DNA of 64,000 bases from Spirochaetia bacterium (GTDB taxonomy: Bacteria > Spirochaetota > Spirochaetia > SZUA-6 > Bin103). The position numbers and the translations under genes were made by a program. Location: NCBI GenBank assembly GCA_965203055.1, contig OZ241863.1, forward strand, positions 1,728,001-1,792,000, given 5' to 3'. Position 1 is the stretch's first letter. Every line of letters starts with the position of its first letter. Shown here piece by piece: positions 36,425 to 47,210 of this stretch. The notes below the pieces were generated by a model. The model was not told where the DNA came from. It was given only the letters and a program-made list of their open reading frames with translations, and searched no databases.

Positions 36425-36672
36425 CTTCGCTGCCGAAGTTTGGGGCCGCGGCGGCGGGGTAGCCCGCGCCGCGCCTGCCGTCGCAGCCTGCCGGCCGGGG
36501 CGCCGCGTCTTCGGCGCCGAAGTGGTATCGGTCGCCGGCTTCGCTGCCGAAGTGTCCGGGCGGTCAGCGGCTTCGTCTCCCGGCTGCGCCGCCTGAGCCG
36601 ATACCTTCGCCGCCGAAGGAGCGGCGCTGTCTGCGCCGCGCGCCGAGGCCCCCTGCGTCTTCGCCGCCGAAG
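36425..36672. repeat. Five dispersed 14-bp near-palindromic repeats CTTCG-N4-CGAAG
   Basis: Copies at 36425, 36509, 36539, 36605 and 36659; each encodes (T/P)SA(A/P)K in the HNH linker. Confidence 0.85.
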
Positions 36673-37480
36673 TTTGCTCGGCGCCTTTGGCCGACGCGGT
36701 GCGCCGCCCGCGCGGCGGCCGGGCCGGGTCGTGGCGGTCGAGCCCTTCCCGCACCAGCCGCCCCATGAGCTGCCCCAACGTCAGGTGCGGGTCGACGTGG
36801 GACAGGAGGCCCTTGAGCCGCTCCAAGCCGCGCCGGCACTCATCGTCGATCACCGCCTTGAGTTCCCAGCGCCCGCCGCCCAGGGGCCGCACCCGATCCG
36901 CCGGCGCCGCCAGTTCCGGGTCCACCTCGGCCAGCAACTGCATCACCTGCCGGCTGCTCTTGCCGGACGCCTGCTCCACCAGCTCCCGCCGCGCCTCCGG
37001 GTTCAGCACCGGCGCCGGCTTCCGCTCCGCCGGCCGCGCCGGCGCCGCGCCGTTCTGCGACTGAGCGGCAGCCCCGAACCCGGCCCCGCCCGGCGCGCTA
37101 CGCGCCGCGCGTTCCTTCTTGCGCTCCTGCCGGTCGAACGCATGCTGCAACTGCGCCGCCGCGTTCAGCGTCATTGAGCCATTCTGCAGGCGTTCGCGCA
37201 CCCCGTCGACGTCCGCGCAGAGCCGCATCGCCTTGATGCGCCGCCACGCTGCGGCGTCGCTGTAACCCAACTCGCGCACCGCGTAATCGAACAGGCTGGA
37301 GAACCCGCGCCGCAGATACAGGCGGCGCTTATCGATCTCGCGCAGGTGATCGATCACGACCACTTCGAGATGGTGTTCGATGCCGGAAAGTTCCTTGGTC
37401 CGCTCCAGCAGGCGGTCGTCTGAGAGGGCGGAAACGGTAGTGGTGACGGCCCCGTCGGAATCATGATTGTCCATAACATA

Positions 37481-37509
37481 AGTATAATCATGGAAACTAC
37501 TTGAGTCAA
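37481..37509 (-). promoter_or_regulatory. Near-consensus sigma70 promoter for leaderless HNH gene, with inverted repeat over -35
   Basis: Minus strand reads TTGACT-N17-TATACT-N6-ATG(37474). ACTTGA-G-TCAAGT at 37499-37511. Confidence 0.75.
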
Positions 37510-37578
37510 GTTTTCGTCGGGGTAAGATACCGCAAGCGGGCGTGGCTGGGGCTCTTTTCCAAACGGCTGAGCGTTACA

Positions 37579-40500
37579 TCAGAAGCTATTGCCGAGAATG
37601 TCGCCGGCGTCGACAGGGCGCGATCTGCGGGGTACCGGAGGGCCGGCGGCGATGCCGGCGCGGGCTTCGGCGGCGGCGCGGTCGGCGTTGAGGGCGAGCA
37701 GGCGGGCGAGCACTTCGTCGCGGACTTCATCTGGCCAACGCCAGCGGTAGGGCTTCTTCTTGCGGCCCCAGGAGGCTTCGTCGATCTCGTAGTCGAGGAG
37801 GAGGTCGCAGTCGGTGGGAATGTCGGTCCAGCCGTAGGCGTCGAGCACGGCGCGGTCCATGGCGGCGTGCAGCTCGCGCAGCTCGGCGATGCGCGGGTCG
37901 GTCTCGTAGAGGTCGTGGAAGCGGTTGTAGGTGCTGGTCATGCCCTCGTCGTTGTCCACCATGAGCGCGGCGCGGTACTCGTAATACGCCTTGCCGGCGG
38001 CTTCTAGAGCGGGACGGGTGTCCCAGCCTTCCGGGAACGGGAAGGTATCGAAGCAGTCCGAGGGGGTGTATTGCAGGGCATCCCCGAGCGTAGAGCTAAA
38101 GAACCTCGCCCATATTTCATGTATACGGGACTGAAGAACGCAAAACGGCGCCAATCTGTGAAACGGGAAGACGACTATTTTCTCGTTACATATCATTTTA
38201 TTGGGAAGAATCGTAAACGCGAATGAATCGCCAATTCTTGAAATAACCAGTATTCTTTCGAGATCGGTGATAGCGGCATGGAGCGCGGGCTGCCGGTCAC
38301 CAAACTGCCACCAACGGTCTCGTCGTACTTGTCGGTTTACCTTCATTCGCTCCGGTTTGACCCGCTCCTCGACAATCGCCATCAAGTCCGGCCAGCGCCG
38401 CCGGCACTCCGCCTCGCTTCGCTCGCCGAAGTTGATGACGTAGCGATGGTGCGCGTGAGTAGGACTGGTATTTACTTCCTGGCCGCCGATGTAGGGGAAG
38501 ATCACCTCGCGGTTGCGCGAGTCCTGATCGATCAGCCGCCGCATCTCGGCAAGCGGTGATGCGACTCCTTTCCGGTCGGTGTCGTCGAACGTAAAGCCCA
38601 TGCCGAGCACGATGCTGCCCTGAAAGCTCTTGCCGGCGTTGGCCGCCAGCCGCACCGGATCGGCATGCCCGCCCCGATGAAACAGAAACGCCGTGACGCG
38701 CTCCACCGGGGCGCCGTCGAGCATCCTCTTGCCGGCAAACTCGCCCTTGGCGACGTGCACCACGCTGACCACCACCGCGGCATCGCCCGGCCACTTGACG
38801 CGCTTGACGGCGCGGTAGATTTCCCCGCCGCGCTCGCAGATCCAGCGCAGGCCGCTGGAACGGGTGTCGCCCTGGGCGATGGTGTTGGTGGCGATCAGGC
38901 CGAACGCGCCGCCGCCGCGCAGCAGGTCGAACGCGCGCCGGTAGAAGTGCGCCACCAGGTCGGCGTTGCCGTGGCTCTGCGCGTGCAGTTCCTTGAGCCA
39001 GCTCGGATAGCCGGCGACGTTGCCGGCGGCAACGTTGTTCTTGCCCGCGAACGGCGGGTTGCCGACGAAGCCGTCGAAGCCCGGGTTCGCGCGCTCGAAC
39101 ACCTCGGGGAACTCGATCTCCCAGTGGAACGGCGCGAACGGCATCTCGGCGTTACGGCGCGTCTTCAACTCCGCAGCGTGGCGCCGCGCCTGCCGCGTCA
39201 GGATCGCTTCCTGATACGCCTCCCGGCGCGCCGCGCGCTCCTTCGGCTTCGAGCCCTCGAAGAACGCCGCCAGCGTCAGATCGCCGAACCGCCGCACCTC
39301 CGCCAGCGCGTCCTGCGCGCGGCGCCACAGACTCTGCAACTCGCGGTCGGTCACGGTGTCGTCCGCAGTGCGAATCTGGCGCCGCAACGCCGCGGCTTCC
39401 GCCAACTTCTCGCGCACCCCGAAGCCGGCCAGGATCGGCTGCCCGCCCTGCCAGTGCAGCGCTTCGAGCTGCCGCCGCGTCAGCCCGACGAGCGAGTCGC
39501 CGCGGCGGAAGGCGTGGTCCACGAAGGTGAACGGATGGTCGCGCGCCAGCGTGCTCAGCCACAGCGACACCTTGGCCAAGTCTACCGCCATCGGGTTGCG
39601 GTCGATGCCGTACAGACACTTCTGCGCCACCAGCCGGCGCGCGAAGGTCACCTCGTCTTCATCCGCCGGGATGTCAGGCAGCGCGCCGTGCGCGCCCCAC
39701 GCCTCGATCAGCGCGTCGGCCAACTGGCGGCAGGTCTCCACCAGAAACGCCCCCGAACCCATCGCCGGATCGCAGATCTTGAGATCGAGCACCTGCTCCG
39801 GGCGCGGCGGGCCGCTGTCCGCACCGCGCAGCCGCTCCAGCAGCGGCGCCAGGGTGTGGCGCACGATCGGCTCGGTCAGCTCCCGCGGCGTGTAGTGCGA
39901 GCCGGAACGGCGCCGCTCCTCGTTAGGCTGCAGCACCAGCCCGCCGCGCGGCACCAGGTCCGGCGTCGCGGCGTGATCCAGCACCCGGTCCAGCGCCGCG
40001 TGCAGGTCGTTCACCGTCCGCGCCGCGCGCAGCCCCTTCGTAACCGAGGCGCTGACGGGGCGGTCCGCGCGCTCCTGCAGCCAGCGCCCGCGGCGCCCCG
40101 CAGGCTGCGCCAGCAGCGCGTCCAGGTCGATGGTGGTGGGCGCCCCCAGCTTCTTGGCCGGCTTGACCGCCAGCGAACGCCCGGTGGCAGTCTCCAGCCG
40201 AAACCCCATGATCGTCTCGTACACCGAGCCGATCTGCTCCACGTCCAACGTCCGGTAGGAGAGCCGCTCCCCGTCCAGCACCAGCAGCTTTTCCAGCACC
40301 CGGTAGACCACTCCGTCCGACACCCGCGGCGGCTCCAGCCGCGCGTTCCGCTGCCGCGACCCGCTGCCGCTGCGGCCTTCCAGGAACCGGTAGCGGTCCG
40401 GGTCGAACAGCGCCCCGCGGCGCTCCGGCAGACTCACCGCGCCGCCGGTGCGGTCGGCCGGCACCCCGTCGTGGAGCAGGCGGAACAGCACCACCAACTG

Positions 40501-41532
40501 CGCCCAGGCGCCATAGCGCTGGTCCATCGTGTCCGGGTAGCCCGCAGCGTCCTTGCGCAGCCGCTGGTAGAGGCCGCCCAGCAAGTAGTGGCGCGCGAAG
40601 GTCTCGTCCTTTGGCAGCAGCAGGCCGCGCTCTTCCGCGTACAGCAGGAACGCCAGCCGCAGGATCACGGTGAGCAGCCCGCGGTAGATGGCGTTGCGGT
40701 CTCCGCCGGCGGCCAGCGGTTCGCTTAGCAGCGCGCCGTCGGTGGCGGCATGGGCGTTCTGGAAGCCGCGCACCAGTTCGTACAGCGCGTGCAGCACCTG
40801 TTCGGCGAGGCGCTCGGAGACTTCGTTTTGATACAGCCGGCTGTCGGCCAGCACGGCGGTGAGGCGTTCATGGCGCGGCAGCGCCAGCAGGCGCTGTTCG
40901 GACAGGAGCAGGTGCAGGGCGGAGCAGAGCGGGCGCCCGGCGGTGGTGAGCAGGTCGGCGAAGCGGAAGTCCATCCAGCCGGAACTTTCGCCGCGCGGGG
41001 CGGAGATCAGGCGCAGCGCAACGCCGTTGACCAGCACGCCGACGGGCACCCCGGTGGCGCGCAGCAGGCGCTCGGCGCGCCCCTGGGCGGATGCGTCCAG
41101 CCCGCCGGCGCCGGGCGCCGGGCGGTCGAACTCCTGCCCGGCGGCCAGCACCTGCACCAGCAGTTGCCACGGGGAGTCGCCGCTGCCGGGATCGCGCTCG
41201 CGCACCGCGAAGTCGGGGCGCAGGGTCTCGCCGTAATCGGGCAGCGGCAGCGTGAGTTCTTCAGGGATCGGAGCCTCTTCAGTGAAGCCGGCGTAGCCCC
41301 GGGGCGAGAAGCCCCAGCCGAGCACCGCAGCGGCGAACTCGCGGAAGTCTCGGATGCGCGGCTGCGGGTTGCCGCCCGGAGCGAGCTCGCGTTTCTCGGT
41401 GCAGCCGGCGAGCAGCGCCTGCCGGTGGGCGTTGTCGGGTCTCAGCGTGACGGCGCCGACCGTGACCTTTACGGCGGCGCCTTCCGGCGGCACCGACGCG
41501 ACCGGCATCGCCAACCTGGCGGCGGGCGGCAA
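37579..41532 (-). CDS. Large N6-adenine DNA methyltransferase, Eco57I/type IIG- or DISARM DrmMI-like; native N-terminus probably lost
   Basis: GSHYTP, motif I CDPAMGSGAFL, motif IV VGNPPF, TNTIAQGDTR, and C-terminal TRD followed by LRELHAAMDRAVLDAYGW. Confidence 0.85.
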   Translation of the reverse strand: MPPAARLAMPVASVPPEGAAVKVTVGAVTLRPDNAHRQALLAGCTEKRELAPGGNPQPRIRDFREFAAAVLGWGFSPRGYAGFTEEAPIPEELTLPLPDYGETLRPDFAVRERDPGSGDSPWQLLVQVLAAGQEFDRPAPGAGGLDASAQGRAERLLRATGVPVGVLVNGVALRLISAPRGESSGWMDFRFADLLTTAGRPLCSALHLLLSEQRLLALPRHERLTAVLADSRLYQNEVSERLAEQVLHALYELVRGFQNAHAATDGALLSEPLAAGGDRNAIYRGLLTVILRLAFLLYAEERGLLLPKDETFARHYLLGGLYQRLRKDAAGYPDTMDQRYGAWAQLVVLFRLLHDGVPADRTGGAVSLPERRGALFDPDRYRFLEGRSGSGSRQRNARLEPPRVSDGVVYRVLEKLLVLDGERLSYRTLDVEQIGSVYETIMGFRLETATGRSLAVKPAKKLGAPTTIDLDALLAQPAGRRGRWLQERADRPVSASVTKGLRAARTVNDLHAALDRVLDHAATPDLVPRGGLVLQPNEERRRSGSHYTPRELTEPIVRHTLAPLLERLRGADSGPPRPEQVLDLKICDPAMGSGAFLVETCRQLADALIEAWGAHGALPDIPADEDEVTFARRLVAQKCLYGIDRNPMAVDLAKVSLWLSTLARDHPFTFVDHAFRRGDSLVGLTRRQLEALHWQGGQPILAGFGVREKLAEAAALRRQIRTADDTVTDRELQSLWRRAQDALAEVRRFGDLTLAAFFEGSKPKERAARREAYQEAILTRQARRHAAELKTRRNAEMPFAPFHWEIEFPEVFERANPGFDGFVGNPPFAGKNNVAAGNVAGYPSWLKELHAQSHGNADLVAHFYRRAFDLLRGGGAFGLIATNTIAQGDTRSSGLRWICERGGEIYRAVKRVKWPGDAAVVVSVVHVAKGEFAGKRMLDGAPVERVTAFLFHRGGHADPVRLAANAGKSFQGSIVLGMGFTFDDTDRKGVASPLAEMRRLIDQDSRNREVIFPYIGGQEVNTSPTHAHHRYVINFGERSEAECRRRWPDLMAIVEERVKPERMKVNRQVRRDRWWQFGDRQPALHAAITDLERILVISRIGDSFAFTILPNKMICNEKIVVFPFHRLAPFCVLQSRIHEIWARFFSSTLGDALQYTPSDCFDTFPFPEGWDTRPALEAAGKAYYEYRAALMVDNDEGMTSTYNRFHDLYETDPRIAELRELHAAMDRAVLDAYGWTDIPTDCDLLLDYEIDEASWGRKKKPYRWRWPDEVRDEVLARLLALNADRAAAEARAGIAAGPPVPRRSRPVDAGDILGNSF

Positions 41533-41614
41533 CGATCCGAGCCAGAACCTGTTCTGGGCGCGCCAGACCCTGGCTGGCCAACAGCTTCGGGTGCAGGTAG
41601 GCGGGGGAGAGTGA
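41441..41614 (+). pseudogene. 3' remnant of an unrelated gene, possibly phage structural
   Basis: GC3-biased frame LSVTAPTVTFTAAPSGGTDATGIANLAAGG...GGE-stop, antisense to the MTase 5' end. Confidence 0.4.
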
Positions 41615-41743
41615 CCGGAGTCCCCGCCTGCCTGCCGGCGCCGGCGTGCGACCGTTCCTCGTAGTTACCTGAGGTCAGCAACGGCGGTCTTCGGGCAGTT
41701 GCCGGGCGCTCCGTCTCATGGTACCTAAGGGGAGACTGGCGAC

Positions 41744-42517
41744 ATGCTCGGATTTCTGGTCAAGAAGGCATTCTTCGACACCTGGGACAATCTGTTCCGG
41801 GTGCTGCTGCTCAACATCGGCTTCTACGCGCCGATCGCGCTGCTGGTGTACGCGCCGCTGCTCACCCCGCTGCTGCCGCTCACCCTCCTGCTGCAGGTAA
41901 TCGCGCTGGGCCTGTTCTGCATCTACACCGGGGGCGCGAGCGTGGTAGCCAGCGCCATCGCCGACTACCAATCGCCCGACTTCGCCGCCTTCTGGCAGGC
42001 AATCCGGGACACCTGCCCGACCACGCTGCTGTTCGCCCTGGTCAACAGCGTCTACTTCGTGATCCTCTCGGTCGCGTTCCAGGTGTACTCGGTGGTGGAG
42101 CAGCAGCTCCTCGGATTCCTCGGTCAGGTGATCCTGCTGTGGGTCACCGTGGGGTGGGTGCTGGCGGCGCAGTTCTTCTTTCCCATCCAGTCGCGGCTGG
42201 AGCGCAACCCGCGCAAGATGTTGCGCAAGATGCTGCTGCTGTTCTTCGACAACACCGGCTTCATGATCTTCCTTGCCTTCGGCGCGCTGGTGACGCTGGC
42301 CGCGTCGGTGTTCACCGGCGGCATCCTGCCGGGCCTGGGCGCGGTGCTGGTGTGGCACAACGCCGCCCTCAAGCTGCGCCTCTACAAGTACGACCACCTG
42401 GAGCAACACCCGGAGACCAACCGCAAGAAGATCCCCTGGGACGCGCTGCTGGTGGACGACCGGGATCGGGTGGGGAAGCGTACCCTGCGCGGGATGATCT
42501 TTCCGTGGAAGGAATAG
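41744..42517 (+). CDS. Conserved hypothetical integral membrane protein
   Basis: AAGGGGAG SD; five to six TM helices; hydrophilic C-terminus ending IFPWKE. Confidence 0.8.
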   Translation: MLGFLVKKAFFDTWDNLFRVLLLNIGFYAPIALLVYAPLLTPLLPLTLLLQVIALGLFCIYTGGASVVASAIADYQSPDFAAFWQAIRDTCPTTLLFALVNSVYFVILSVAFQVYSVVEQQLLGFLGQVILLWVTVGWVLAAQFFFPIQSRLERNPRKMLRKMLLLFFDNTGFMIFLAFGALVTLAASVFTGGILPGLGAVLVWHNAALKLRLYKYDHLEQHPETNRKKIPWDALLVDDRDRVGKRTLRGMIFPWKE

Positions 42518-42533
42518 CGGCGTTGCGGAGCGG

Positions 42534-42947
42534 TTACTCGATGTGCAGGCGGCGGCCCACCGCCTCGGCCTCGACCGCGGAGTTCAGGACCCCGGAGTTC
42601 TTGAGGAACATCCCCTCCCCCTCCATCACCTTCATGAGCCGCTGCAGGGCCCGGTTGGAGCTCAGCGTGGCCTTGGACACGAACGCGTAGCAGCGTTTGC
42701 CGGAGATCATTCCCGCCCCTTTCAGGTAGCGGGTCACCACCTCCGGAATCTTGCCGGTGAAGGTGGTAGTGGACTCCCCGCCAACGGCAATGTATTGATA
42801 GATGGTCAACTTGCTGTTCACGTCGTGGCCGCCGTCGATCACGTCCACCTGGTGGCCCTGCTCCTGCATGCCCTTGGCCAGCCCCTGCGCCAGGCCCAAC
42901 ATGCGCTTGCGACTCTTTCCCTCGAAGAACACTACCGCGGTACGCAT
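42534..42947 (-). CDS. Flavodoxin-like hypothetical protein
   Basis: Alpha/beta pattern MRTAVVFF...LAQGLAKGMQEQGHQVDVID...YIAVG, with an upstream promoter. Confidence 0.7.
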   Translation of the reverse strand: MRTAVVFFEGKSRKRMLGLAQGLAKGMQEQGHQVDVIDGGHDVNSKLTIYQYIAVGGESTTTFTGKIPEVVTRYLKGAGMISGKRCYAFVSKATLSSNRALQRLMKVMEGEGMFLKNSGVLNSAVEAEAVGRRLHIE

Positions 42948-42961
42948 GATCGGGCCGCGCC

Positions 42962-42991
42962 AGTATACGGAAGCGTCCAAATGCCGGTCAA
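42962..42991 (-). promoter_or_regulatory. Candidate sigma70 promoter
   Basis: Minus strand reads TTGACC-N18-TATACT. Confidence 0.65.
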
Positions 42992-43014
42992 CGGCGCGGC
43001 CGCCGCAGCGCTGC

Positions 43015-44325
43015 ATGCGGCGGCCGCGCTGGCGGACCCTGGCAACCGCCCTGCTCGCCGCCCTGACGCTCGCCGCGGCCTGCCCCACCGCCGGCGCCCC
43101 CGCGCAGCCGCCCGCCAGCGTGGTGTTGTCGGAGGCGGCGGCGCCCTACTACTCGCTGCAGTTGAGCGCCGACCGCCGGCAGTGGGTGGCGGTGTTCGCC
43201 GATGCCGCCGAACTGACGCTCAAGGTCGCCCGCGGGCCGTTGGCCGCCGCCGCGGCCGAGGTCAGTTCCGTCATCACCATCGACCGCATCGACGTGCCGC
43301 CGGGGATCAACCCCTACTTCGGGCGCCATGCCTACGTGCAGCATGAGGGGTTCGAACATCTGTTCTACAGCGATCAGGAACTGGCTGACGTGCGGGTCAC
43401 CAAGTGGGTGCACCGGGAAACGGCGAGCGCCGCGCCGTGGCTGGTGGACCTGTTGCCGGAGCCGCTGCTGCCGGTCGCCGTGCTGCGGGCGGCGGCCGCG
43501 CCGGCGGCCGCCGAGCCGGCGCCCGCAGCGCCGCAGTTCACCCTCTACGGACTGGTCGACGCGCCGGTCGAGGAGGATGGCGGGGTGGCGTTCGCCGCCT
43601 ACGGCGTGCGTCCGGAGGCCGCCGCCGACAGCGTGGCCGCGGCCGTGACCGGGCGGCGGGTGATCATGACCGTCACGGCGCCGGACATCGCGCCCGGCGC
43701 CGCCGGGCCGGCGGTGAGCGGCTACTCCTGCGCCGGCCGCCGCGGGTTCGCCGCCGCGGACGGCGGCGGCCTGCTGCTGGTGGAGGCGGCGCGGGAACCG
43801 CAGCGCATCTCCCTGCCGCCGCCGGCGGCGGCCGCCGACGGCTCGGCCGCCCTCGGCTGCGGCCCGCAGGGAATGGTGCTGGCGTTCACCCGCGAGGACC
43901 CGCGCGCCACGCGCACCAGCTCGGGACCCGCGCTGCAGGCGCGCGAAGTGGTGGCCGTGCCGGTGGACGCCGGCGGCGCCGAGATCAAGGTCACGCTGGC
44001 GCGCGACGTACGAGTATTGGCGGTGTTCCCGGAACCGCCGCTCGCCGGCGGCGGCCAGCCGGCCCTGTCGGTGCTGTTCTCGGAACTCGCTCTGGACGAC
44101 TCCGGCGCGCCGGAGCACCGCCTGGCGATGGTGACGCCCGATGCCGGCGGCACCTACCGCAAGCAGCTCCTGGTGCGCGGCGGGCAGCCGGTGCGCGACC
44201 TGCGCGCGGTGCGCCGCGGCGGCGAGCTGATCGTGGCGTTTCGGCGCGGGCGCGAACTGCGTCTGCTGCGCGCTCCCCTCGCCGGCCGCGGCCCAGCCGA
44301 GCCGCAGAGCGGCGGGAGCTGGTAG
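43015..44325 (+). CDS. Hypothetical lipoprotein
   Basis: MRRPRWRTLATALLAALTLAAAC signal and lipobox; beta-rich body. Confidence 0.7.
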   Translation: MRRPRWRTLATALLAALTLAAACPTAGAPAQPPASVVLSEAAAPYYSLQLSADRRQWVAVFADAAELTLKVARGPLAAAAAEVSSVITIDRIDVPPGINPYFGRHAYVQHEGFEHLFYSDQELADVRVTKWVHRETASAAPWLVDLLPEPLLPVAVLRAAAAPAAAEPAPAAPQFTLYGLVDAPVEEDGGVAFAAYGVRPEAAADSVAAAVTGRRVIMTVTAPDIAPGAAGPAVSGYSCAGRRGFAAADGGGLLLVEAAREPQRISLPPPAAAADGSAALGCGPQGMVLAFTREDPRATRTSSGPALQAREVVAVPVDAGGAEIKVTLARDVRVLAVFPEPPLAGGGQPALSVLFSELALDDSGAPEHRLAMVTPDAGGTYRKQLLVRGGQPVRDLRAVRRGGELIVAFRRGRELRLLRAPLAGRGPAEPQSGGSW

Positions 44326-44326
44326 C

Positions 44327-44761
44327 TCAGCGGGCGCCGCTGCCGTGGTGGCGCCGGGCGACCGCCAAGCGGGTGGCGGAGTGGCGCAGGACGTCGTGCG
44401 CGTGGCCCAGCTCGATGCCGGTCGGGCCTCGTTCCAGCGCTTCCCGGGCGCGGCGATGAGCTTCCTCGGCCAACTCCAGGTCGATGTCGGCGGCGTGCTC
44501 CGCCCGGTCGGCGAGCACCACCACGTGATCGGGCAGCACCTGCATCACGCCCCCGCCGATCGCCAGGTAGCGGTCCTGCAGCCCGTCGACCCGGATGACC
44601 AGCTCGCCATGCTGCAGGGCGGTCAACATCGGCTGGTGGCGCGGCAGGATGGCGACCACGCCGTCCGCGCCCGGCGCGATCACCATGCTCACCTCTTCGT
44701 CCAGCAACTGGCGTTCGATGGTGACGATCTCGAGCCGCAGGCGCCCGGCAGCGGGACTCAC
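44327..44761 (-). CDS. atpC: F1 ATP synthase epsilon subunit
   Basis: LEIVTIER, GVVAILPRHQP, GGVMQV, LADRAE. Confidence 0.95.
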   Translation of the reverse strand: MSPAAGRLRLEIVTIERQLLDEEVSMVIAPGADGVVAILPRHQPMLTALQHGELVIRVDGLQDRYLAIGGGVMQVLPDHVVVLADRAEHAADIDLELAEEAHRRAREALERGPTGIELGHAHDVLRHSATRLAVARRHHGSGAR

Positions 44762-44763
44762 CT

Positions 44764-47186
<2,423 letters not shown>

Positions 47187-47210
47187 GCCGGGTGCCTTTG
47201 GCCAGGCCCT

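Larger units (their letters stand above)
36182..37474 (-). pseudogene. DUF222-like/HNH endonuclease, C-terminally truncated
   Basis: N-terminal RRLYLRRGFSSLFDY..RELGYS domain; C-terminal RAIPAAVKREVWRRDRGRC..C..LQIDHVVPYARGG. Similarity ends near 36253, and the Asn, second Cys motif and distal His are missing. Confidence 0.75.
36250..41680. mobile_element. Composite insertion (HNH remnant + methyltransferase + foreign gene fragment); boundaries approximate
   Basis: Non-core genes with truncated ends lying between core spirochaete-type genes. No transposase or integrase seen. Confidence 0.5.

Noticed and set aside
36425..36672. CRISPR array interpretation of the HNH-linker repeats
   Set aside because: Repeats are only 14 bp, spacing is irregular (30-84 nt) and always in frame, and there are no cas genes or leader.
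37579..41532. Complete BREX or DISARM system
   Set aside because: No pglZ, brxC, drmA, drmB or drmD in the window; only the methyltransferase.
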